The notes under the pieces are model-generated. The model did no database searches, had not been told where the DNA came from, and was given only the letters and a program-made list of their open reading frames with translations. Positions 52,654-59,807 of a stretch of DNA of 64,000 nt are shown here, in pieces. Position 1 is the stretch's first letter. Every line of letters starts with the position of its first letter. The DNA comes from an uncultured bacterium (lineage in GTDB: Bacteria; Myxococcota_A; Polyangia; Polyangiales; Polyangiaceae). A program made the position numbers and the translations under genes. The stretch lies in NCBI GenBank assembly GCA_966249405.1, contig CBINDO010000007.1, forward strand, positions 5,686 through 69,685, in the 5' to 3' direction.

Positions 52654-53913
52654 TCACTTTGCCGGCGCCGGCTTTGCCGCGGGCAGCGGCGTCGGCTGAG
52701 TCGTGGTTGCGGCAGCCGTGGTTGCAGGAGCCGTGGTTGCGGCAGCCGTGGTTGCGGGAGCCGTGGTTGCGGCGCCAGGTGCGGTGGTCGGCGCGGGAGC
52801 CGTGTTGGGTGCCGGTGCAGGCGCCCCAGCTGCGGCCTTGGGTTTCGGCGACTCGACCTTCACGAACTTCAGCGTCATGCGGTCGCTCTCGCCGATGGTG
52901 AGGTACTTCTCGCGATCGGTCTCGCCGCCGCGCAAAGTTGGCGGGAGAGCCCACACACCGAGCGGATAATCCTTGGTGTCCTTCGGGTTAGCGTTGATCT
53001 CCGACTTGGCGAGCAGCTTGAAGCCAGCCTTCGTGGCCTGCTCGATCACGAACGCTTCGGGCAGGTATCCGCGCTTGCTGCTCTCGGTTGGATCGGCGCC
53101 CTCGACCGCGCGATGCTGTTCGACGCCCAAGATCCCCTTGGGGGCGAGTGTTCGGTGAAACTCCGAGAGCCACGCTTCGAGCGAACCGCCGTTGACCATG
53201 CCGTGCGCCCCGCGGAACAGTAGAACGGCGTCGAGGGCTCCATCCGGGATGTTCAGGGCGGGATGTGCTGGGTCCGTGACCGTGCGCTCCACCGCGCTGT
53301 AAGCTTCGGGCAGTGAGTCCAGTTGGAGCTGTGTGCGCTTACCGTAGTAAGTGGAGCGTTCCGTCTTAGGGCCGTCGGGGTTGTTGAGGGTGACGTACAA
53401 CTTGCCCCGCTTGGCGAGCGCCGGCGCGAGCAGCTCGGTGTACCAACCTTCTCCCGGCCCATACTCGAGCACCTTGTGAGTCGGTTTCACCCCGAGAAAC
53501 TCCAGCGTCTGTATCGGGTGGCGTTGGGCGTCACGCTCGGCGTGGCCAGGCCGACGTTGGGGACCGGCCAGTGCCGCGGTGATCGCGCTCTTGATGCTCG
53601 GGTACGACTTCTGCGTGAGCGCCTTCACTTGCTCCCGCACTTCCGGCGTCAAGCGTGCGAGTTCCGCGGCGTGATCTTGCTCGAGCTTGGCGAAGTCGGC
53701 CTCCAACTGCTTCTGTGCTTCCGCGGCCGCCACTTGCTCGGGCGTCGGCGGGGCGGGTTCCGGAGCTTGTGTTGCAGGCGACACGGCGCCCGTGGCGGAC
53801 GGTGCGGCGTTCGAAGGCGGAGGCGCTGCGGGTTGTGCGGGGGGCGGCGTTACTTCGCTGCTGGCGCAGCCGATGACCATCAACAACGGAAGAAGGGTAG
53901 ACGTATTTTTCAT
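52654..53913 (-). CDS. Exported lipoprotein with a class I SAM-methyltransferase-like domain and a Thr/Ala/Pro repeat tail
   Basis: I chose the internal ATG at 53913. Lipobox: LLPLLMVIGC. Motif I-like: VLEYGPGEGWYTELLA. C-terminal tail: TTAPGAATTAPATTAAATTAPATTAAATTTQPTPLPAAKPAPAK. Confidence 0.8.
   Translation of the reverse strand: MKNTSTLLPLLMVIGCASSEVTPPPAQPAAPPPSNAAPSATGAVSPATQAPEPAPPTPEQVAAAEAQKQLEADFAKLEQDHAAELARLTPEVREQVKALTQKSYPSIKSAITAALAGPQRRPGHAERDAQRHPIQTLEFLGVKPTHKVLEYGPGEGWYTELLAPALAKRGKLYVTLNNPDGPKTERSTYYGKRTQLQLDSLPEAYSAVERTVTDPAHPALNIPDGALDAVLLFRGAHGMVNGGSLEAWLSEFHRTLAPKGILGVEQHRAVEGADPTESSKRGYLPEAFVIEQATKAGFKLLAKSEINANPKDTKDYPLGVWALPPTLRGGETDREKYLTIGESDRMTLKFVKVESPKPKAAAGAPAPAPNTAPAPTTAPGAATTAPATTAAATTAPATTAAATTTQPTPLPAAKPAPAK
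52703..52777. repeat. Five tandem copies of a 15-bp unit (coding)
   Basis: Units: GTGGTTGCGGCAGCC / GTGGTTGCAGGAGCC / GTGGTTGCGGCAGCC / GTGGTTGCGGGAGCC / GTGGTTGCGGCGCCA. On the minus strand they encode the (A/G)(A/P)ATT repeats of the methyltransferase-like lipoprotein tail. Confidence 0.85.
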
Positions 53914-54220
53914 GGCTGCCGGTCTAAGACGCACCTCGGCGTAGGACAAGCTCTCGATCGTGGTAACTGTATCCACGTCACCGAGCTGTTGCGATCGACC
54001 TCACCCAGTGTTGCCAACTGCCACGCTTGCATCGTGTACTTGGAGCAGGAGCTCGAGACCGGTCGTGAGAGGGAAGACGCTCACGGCGGCGACCCGGTCG
54101 CACATCGAACCGCGCTTGGTTCAACGATCGCGATTGCTTGGCAAAGCCGAGCAGTCGTTGGGAGCGCGCCCGGCCTGCGTCGCGATCGCTGCTGCCGGGG
54201 TTCGCTCGCTGGCGTCAATG

Positions 54221-54270
54221 TCGCACCGAGTGAGTTGTACCGAGTGGAGTCGCACCGAGTGAGTTGCACC
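54221..54270. repeat. 21-bp direct repeat (one mismatch) in an intergenic region
   Basis: TCGCACCGAGTGAGTTGTACC (54221-54241) and TCGCACCGAGTGAGTTGCACC (54250-54270), with a 29-bp period. They lie in the ~440-bp spacer between the SBP gene stop (54351) and the methyltransferase-like gene start (53913). Confidence 0.7.
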
Positions 54271-54350
54271 AGGTGTTACGTGAACGACTGGTGAGCCCAA
54301 CGTCGTCGCGCTCGCCGCGTCGAGTGCGGCATCACCGCCGAGAGGGCCCA

Positions 54351-56042
54351 CTATTCGCACGTGGCGAGCCGCGCGGTATCTTCGGCGGCAGGGCACCACG
54401 TCGGAACCGAGAGATCCAGCGCCGGATCTTCGCAGCGCGTCACGGCGTTACTCTCGACGGAGTAGTAGTCGTTCAAGTTGGGCTCGAGCGAGAACGCGTC
54501 GCCCTTCGCGCGCAGACACCACATGGCGATGTCACTTTGGGCATCCCCGGTCTCGGGATCGAAGTCGAGCGGGCCGCTCACACCTTCGAAATCGAAGCAC
54601 GACTTCGAATCCAAACTCGCGGCAAAGCTGTAGAACTCGGTGGGGCGCTCCGGATTGGTGACGCTGCCTTCGTCTTTGCACGACACTCGTTGCATCGCCT
54701 CGGCAAGCGCCTGCCCCGATGGGTATTCTTGGCCGGACAACAAGATGCCGTACGCGAGCCAATACACGGTGTCGTATGCGAACTCCGCCAAGTTTCCTGG
54801 CGCCTTGTCGAAGACGTTCTCGAAGCGATTGGCGAAGTTGTTGTACCGGCCCGACGTGCGTGCACCCGGAGCGGTGCCGATTACGCGGGCAGGCAAGGCC
54901 CACTCAGGGTGTTCTGCCGCCAACTCGATGAGCCCGTCCAAACGGTTCCCCTCCGGCAGTACGTACCAGGGCTTCGGGTCGGCGGCTTCTTCGATGCGCG
55001 GCAGCACGTTGTCGACGAACTCGCCCGTGCCCAACCCGAGCACGATGTGAGGTTTGGCTTCGAGCACTGCGTCAGCGATCGCCTGCCAATCGGTGGTCTC
55101 TTCGTCGTAGGTGGCGTAGGTCAATTCATCGACGATAGGCGCCGCAGCGTCGCCCCTCGTTTCGTCCAGGAACGTCACGGCCTCTCGCAGACCACGTCCG
55201 GCCAGATCGTCTTTGACCACCGCCGCCACTCTCACCGCGTCTGCGTTGCTGACGGTTTGGTTGGTCACCAGCGCAGCTTCGACGTCTTTCACGAGCCATT
55301 TGAGGAGCTCGCCTTGAAGCGTATCGGAGGGCGCCGTACGTCGCACCATGAGTCCGAGTTTGATGCCCGAGTCTTGAGAGCCGGCCGTCCCGCTCAACCC
55401 AGGGCTCGTCGCAGACGGGCTCACCACCAGTACGCCCTTGGATACTACCGCTTCGGCAACCGTTTTCGTCACGCCGCTGTACGAACTGCCGATGATCGCC
55501 GGGACCTTGACCACGTCGGCGAGGTGCCGTGCCGCGGTGACCGCTTGCGAGGGTTCGGTAGGTTCGTGACCACACATCACCAGTGCCAGAATGCGCGTCG
55601 AACCATCGGCGGTCGCCGGGGGTAAGGTTTGGCCGTTGGCGTCGATTTCCTCGACCGCTAGCTCTGCGCCGTCAGCTACGGGCTGACCGTAGTCGTCCAA
55701 CGACGTGACGAAGCCGAAGAGCAGAGTGTCGTCGTTGGCGAGTGCGTCCTCGGGCACGACGCGCGGACACTCTTCGCTCACGACGTCCACGCATGCCTCG
55801 TCGATGCAGGCGAACGTCTCCCCGAACCGCTGGCACTGACTGTGCCCTTCACAACGCGTCGTGCACAGGTTTTCTTCGGTGCATCGGCTGAGGGGCGCTT
55901 TGCAGTCGCTGTCCACGTTGCATTGTTCGATGCTCGTGTCCACGAACACCTGACAACCAGAGGCGAGCAGCGCAATCAAACACGAAAGGCCACTAGCGAG
56001 CGCCGTCTCACCCAAAGCCCGCTTCACTTGCTGCAAGTCCAC
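54351..56042 (-). CDS. Exported lipoprotein: Cys-rich N-terminal module + type-I periplasmic binding protein domain (LivK/Peripla_BP_6-like)
   Basis: GTG start abutting the upstream stop. Lipobox: IALLASGC. Cys module: CNVDSDCKAPLSRCTEENLCTTRCEGHSQC. PBP-type core: ILALVMCGHEPTEPSQAVTAARHLADVVKVPAIIGSSYSGVTKTVAEAVVSKGVLVVSPSATSP. Confidence 0.85.
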   Translation of the reverse strand: MDLQQVKRALGETALASGLSCLIALLASGCQVFVDTSIEQCNVDSDCKAPLSRCTEENLCTTRCEGHSQCQRFGETFACIDEACVDVVSEECPRVVPEDALANDDTLLFGFVTSLDDYGQPVADGAELAVEEIDANGQTLPPATADGSTRILALVMCGHEPTEPSQAVTAARHLADVVKVPAIIGSSYSGVTKTVAEAVVSKGVLVVSPSATSPGLSGTAGSQDSGIKLGLMVRRTAPSDTLQGELLKWLVKDVEAALVTNQTVSNADAVRVAAVVKDDLAGRGLREAVTFLDETRGDAAAPIVDELTYATYDEETTDWQAIADAVLEAKPHIVLGLGTGEFVDNVLPRIEEAADPKPWYVLPEGNRLDGLIELAAEHPEWALPARVIGTAPGARTSGRYNNFANRFENVFDKAPGNLAEFAYDTVYWLAYGILLSGQEYPSGQALAEAMQRVSCKDEGSVTNPERPTEFYSFAASLDSKSCFDFEGVSGPLDFDPETGDAQSDIAMWCLRAKGDAFSLEPNLNDYYSVESNAVTRCEDPALDLSVPTWCPAAEDTARLATCE

Positions 56043-57080
56043 TCAAAAGCTCCCTGACAATACCGCGGCGCGGGGGGTGATGGCCAATTGGAAACTCGGC
56101 GCGCGCGCCGCTGCTTCGCCGCCCGATGCGCCGCTCCATGTGTACCAAGCGCTCACGCCAGCTGCGACGACCGTGGCCCCGAACAAGATGTCGGTCGCCA
56201 ACGCCAAGTTGCCGAGGTGATCGGACTGGGCTTGCAGATCCGCCTTTGGGCGGTCAGCTTGCTCGCGCATGTCGCTCAGTTCGCCGTTGGCAGAAAGCGT
56301 GAACGCGCCGGTGGTCACCGCTGCCACGCCCAATACGCCAGTCAATGCCCACGGCATCCAAGGCTCGATCTGGAACGGCTCGTTCGACTGCGCTCCACCA
56401 TCGGCAGGCACCGCGGGAGACTCCTGGGACGAAGCGGGGGAAGGCGCAGGCGTCGACGGCAGCGCTTGAGTCTCCGTCACTTTGCGTTGCGACAGCGAAA
56501 ACGCCAACTGCCGTTGGGTGCCGCCCAAAACGCTCACGCGCTCGTCCTGAGGAGCGTAGTCGGGATGGCGAAGCGTAAACTTGCGAACGCCAGCGTTGAC
56601 CAACAGCGGCTGCAGGCTCGGCGTCACGCCTACCAACGTGTCATCGACGAAGACTTCGACGTTGGGGACGTCCGTGGTTATGGTCAGCGTCGCGACGCGT
56701 TGCTCCAGAGTAACCAGCTGCGCCTCGATCTCCGCGCGCCTCTTCTCCGGTACCTCTGCGCCACCTTCGTCGAGGTACCGGCGATAACTCACGATCGCCG
56801 AAGCGTAATCCTTCATCGCGACTTGGACTTGCGCCATATTGAAGATGATCTTGTAACTGGGTCGCAGCTCGTACGCGCGGCGCAGCTCCACCAGCGCCGC
56901 GTCGAACGCCTCGTCTGCATGCAACGCGATGGCGCGTTCGTAGTGTCGTAGCGCTTCGTCGTCGACACCGGACGAATCGGCGTCGGCCGCAGCCGCGTGA
57001 GCGGGTGAGATGCAAGCGATACTGGCGCACAACGCTGCCGCCGCTAGTTTGGACGCTCGTGGTGAAGAAAGGCAAGGCAT
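56043..57080 (-). CDS. TPR-like + PEGA domain membrane protein (kinase-associated)
   Basis: I chose the internal ATG at 57080. Signal peptide: LAAAALCASIACISPAHA. TPR-like helices: ALRHYERAIALHADEAFDAALVELRRAYELRPSYKIIFNMAQVQVAMKDYASAI. PEGA: VEVFVDDTLVGVTPSLQPLLVNAGVRKFTLRHPDYAPQDERVSV. A C-terminal TM hairpin is present. Confidence 0.8.
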   Translation of the reverse strand: MPCLSSPRASKLAAAALCASIACISPAHAAAADADSSGVDDEALRHYERAIALHADEAFDAALVELRRAYELRPSYKIIFNMAQVQVAMKDYASAIVSYRRYLDEGGAEVPEKRRAEIEAQLVTLEQRVATLTITTDVPNVEVFVDDTLVGVTPSLQPLLVNAGVRKFTLRHPDYAPQDERVSVLGGTQRQLAFSLSQRKVTETQALPSTPAPSPASSQESPAVPADGGAQSNEPFQIEPWMPWALTGVLGVAAVTTGAFTLSANGELSDMREQADRPKADLQAQSDHLGNLALATDILFGATVVAAGVSAWYTWSGASGGEAAARAPSFQLAITPRAAVLSGSF

Positions 57081-57106
57081 GGCAAGAGCTGACGTACGTG
57101 GGGAAG

Positions 57107-58795
57107 TCACTTCCACGGGTTACCAGTGTCGAGGGTCCCACTCGAGGGCCGTTTACGCGGCGTGGGCGCGAAGTCGTGATCGAAGGGGTCTTTGGCGCGG
57201 TTTGGGGCCGCCGGTTGAGCCGCCGACGATCTTGCCGTCGCGGGTTGTTTGGTGTTCGTTTCGCGACTCGCCGTCGGCGTGGGTCGCTGACTCACCTCGG
57301 GTTTTTGGGGCGTTGCAGGCGCCGTCGTCAGTGCCGGCGAGGTGGCGGGCGAGGGCGGACGAGAAGGCGTGACGGCTGCGGTGGCGCTGGCAGAGGAGTG
57401 CGGCGAGTCGACGTGGTTCACGTTTGCGCGCGGCGAGTCGACGGCGGTCGGTCCGCTGCGCGGCGGAACCCCTTGCTCGGCCCCTGCCGATGGCCCCTCG
57501 ATGGCGCTGGCTGCGCTGGCCGGGGCTTCGTCCGCCGAGGTGCTGCCGCTGCGCTGTGAACCCAGCCACCACACCAAAGAGGCCAAAGGTAGCGCAGCCA
57601 ACAACAGCAAGCGGGTACGTTTTGGCGGCGCGTGTTTGGCAGGTTCCAGCTGAACGGGCTTCTCGGTATGACTGTCGAGAGCGGAGGACGCGGGTGACGA
57701 CTGTGGCCCAGAAGGTGAGACATCGCGCATGGGAGATTCGTTCCACGAGCTGAACACTCCCAACATGGGCGTCAGACGCAAGGTGTCTGGAGCCGAGGCG
57801 CCTACCGGCGACTGGGCGAGCGCCCGACGGATGGCTTGACCGATCTCTTCGCGCTCTTTCGCAAAAAGCTCCGAAACGACTTTGCCGAGCTCGCGTTCGC
57901 TGCCTCGGCCTTGACCCTCCAAGAAACGGTCGAGCGCTTCTCGGAAGCTGGCGGCGTTCGGGTAACGTTGAGCGGCGTCGCAAGCCAACGCCTTTTCGGT
58001 GATGGCACACAGCTCGTCGGGCGCATCCGGGGCCACGTCCTTCAAGTGAGGCAACTGACCCTCTACCACTCGATTGAGTGTATCGAGCACCGGCTCGGCG
58101 CCGTGCATGCACTGGCGGGCCACCGTCTCCCAGAGGATGACCCCGACGCTGTAGAGGTCGGAGCGATGGTCGACGGGCAGGCCCTTGATCTGCTCGGGTG
58201 ACATGTACGCCACCTTGCCTTTGATGACACCAGCTCGGGTCTTCTTCGAATCCAACGTTTTGGCGATGCCAAAATCCACCAGTTTGGTGTGACCAGTGTA
58301 CGTGATGAAGATGTTCTGAGGTGAAACGTCGCGGTGTACCACGTTCAGCGGCGTGCCGTCGTATTGCGTCAAAGCATGAGCGTATTCGAGCGCGTCCAGC
58401 ACCTGACACACCGGCAGCAACTCGACCCCCCAACGGTTGCGCTGGCCCATCGTCCATTGGCGCTCCTGAATTCGGCTCAGCGCCTGACCGTCCAGGTATT
58501 CCATTGCAATGAACGGCGTCGGTTCTTCGAACCCGACGTCGTGCGAGTGCACGATGTTCGGATGGTTGAGCATCGCGGCCAGCCGCGCCTCGTCTACGAA
58601 CATCTGCAGGTATTCTGGGCGTTCGGCGTCGCTCAAATCGCGCCGCAGGGTTTTCAGCACCTGCAGCTTGCTCACGCCGTGAGCTTGCTCCGACACCGCA
58701 AGATACACCTCCGCCATGCCACCCCGACCCAAACAGGCCATGAGGCGATACTTGGACAACAACGCTGGTTTCCGCTCAGCCATGACGAGACGCAC
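57107..58795 (-). CDS. Eukaryotic-like Ser/Thr protein kinase, membrane-anchored (RD type)
   Basis: G-loop: LGRGGMAEV. Catalytic loop: VVHRDVSPQNIFI. Also DFGIAK and AYMSPEQ. One TM helix: LLLLAALPLASLVWWL. A Pro/Ser/Ala-rich tail follows. The track start is GTG 58795; ATG 58783 is an alternative. Confidence 0.9.
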   Translation of the reverse strand: MRLVMAERKPALLSKYRLMACLGRGGMAEVYLAVSEQAHGVSKLQVLKTLRRDLSDAERPEYLQMFVDEARLAAMLNHPNIVHSHDVGFEEPTPFIAMEYLDGQALSRIQERQWTMGQRNRWGVELLPVCQVLDALEYAHALTQYDGTPLNVVHRDVSPQNIFITYTGHTKLVDFGIAKTLDSKKTRAGVIKGKVAYMSPEQIKGLPVDHRSDLYSVGVILWETVARQCMHGAEPVLDTLNRVVEGQLPHLKDVAPDAPDELCAITEKALACDAAQRYPNAASFREALDRFLEGQGRGSERELGKVVSELFAKEREEIGQAIRRALAQSPVGASAPDTLRLTPMLGVFSSWNESPMRDVSPSGPQSSPASSALDSHTEKPVQLEPAKHAPPKRTRLLLLAALPLASLVWWLGSQRSGSTSADEAPASAASAIEGPSAGAEQGVPPRSGPTAVDSPRANVNHVDSPHSSASATAAVTPSRPPSPATSPALTTAPATPQKPEVSQRPTPTASRETNTKQPATARSSAAQPAAPNRAKDPFDHDFAPTPRKRPSSGTLDTGNPWK

Positions 58796-59170
58796 GGGCA
58801 GTCTACCCCCATCGAAGCGCGCTGCGCAGCGGAAATCCGAACGGCAACCTCAGTGGTCCGTAGCCAACTCTGTCCCTTCTGAACGTTGCGGGGGTATGCT
58901 CACCGGCCTTGTGGCCAGAGCGTAACGCGGCGTTTTGCCGTGGCGCCCGCACGGCTGTTAATCAGTGGCAGACATTCGAGGCCGCGGCTCGCGCGGCGGT
59001 CGGATTGGGGTCGATGGAAGTTTCCAGGTGCCGCATCCGCTCGCTGGCCCTCGTCGACGTCGCCGAGATCGCCAAACCCGCCCATGAACGGGGCGTCGCT
59101 GCCGTTCCTGAACGTGACCTGCGTCCAGTCGTGAGACGCTAGCTCCGAACGCGGACTGACGCGCGCAGGA

Positions 59171-59797
59171 TCACTCGAGCAGGCATTCGATGAAACGCTC
59201 CTGCTGGGCGGCACAGGCGACCGGAGCAACGAGGTCGTTGTCTTGGTCACAGCTGTATTCCGAGCCGTCGCGCGTCGCGAGGCACTGAACGAACGCGCGG
59301 TAGGTCGTCGCACATGGGCGTGAGAGGTCGTCCAAACAGTACGCCACGCAGTGCTCCGTGTGACACGGGAGATCAGCCCCGGCCGCACAGGCCCGTTCAC
59401 ACGAGGCTACGTCCTCGGCGGACCCTGCGTCGAGCCCTTGAACCGTCGGGGCTGCGTCGGGCCCTGCGCCAGCGTCCGAGCCCTGCAGTTTGCCCTGCGT
59501 GGACTGGCTCTCATCCAAGGTGGTGACCCCCAAATCCCGCCTCGTATCGTTCGCCGAGACGGCCCCGTCGAGCACTTGGGCGTCCGACGTGTCGGCGAGC
59601 GGCGCGGCAGCGTCCAGCCGGGGCGTATTGGACGCTGTCGCGTCGGGTTCGACCGTTTCGCCGGAGCTCGAAGTACCCGTCGAAACGGAGCTACCGTTGG
59701 CCGTCGACATCGTCTCACGGCTCGAACAGGCCGCGGCCACTATTGCCAGTTGAGGCATCACGGACCAGAGCGGCGGGAGACGACGTCGAGGCGTCAT
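59171..59797 (-). CDS. Exported lipoprotein with a C-terminal 10-Cys domain
   Basis: Lipobox: LAIVAAAC. A Ser/Thr/Asp-rich linker follows. C-terminal domain: CERACAAGADLPCHTEHCVAYCLDDLSRPCATTYRAFVQCLATRDGSEYSCDQDNDLVAPVACAAQQERFIECLLE. It starts 10 nt after the S8 protease stop. Confidence 0.7.
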   Translation of the reverse strand: MTPRRRLPPLWSVMPQLAIVAAACSSRETMSTANGSSVSTGTSSSGETVEPDATASNTPRLDAAAPLADTSDAQVLDGAVSANDTRRDLGVTTLDESQSTQGKLQGSDAGAGPDAAPTVQGLDAGSAEDVASCERACAAGADLPCHTEHCVAYCLDDLSRPCATTYRAFVQCLATRDGSEYSCDQDNDLVAPVACAAQQERFIECLLE

Positions 59798-59807
59798 GAC
59801 GCAATCC

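Noticed and set aside
52703-52777. Regularly spaced short repeats, considered as a possible CRISPR array.
   Set aside because: The units are contiguous 15-mers with no spacers. They lie inside a well-supported CDS and encode a low-complexity tail.
58796-59170. 375-bp gap between the Cys-rich lipoprotein stop and the kinase start, with small ORFs (58886-59134+, 58909-59142+, and the tail of 58900-59400-). One stretch has coding-like third positions (HDWTQVTFRNGSDAPFMGGFGDLGDVDEGQ on the minus strand).
   Set aside because: There is no start codon with a ribosome-binding site, and no recognisable motif. The coding-like signal lasts only ~30 codons before decaying. It could be a gene remnant or the kinase promoter region, but the sequence alone does not support a call.
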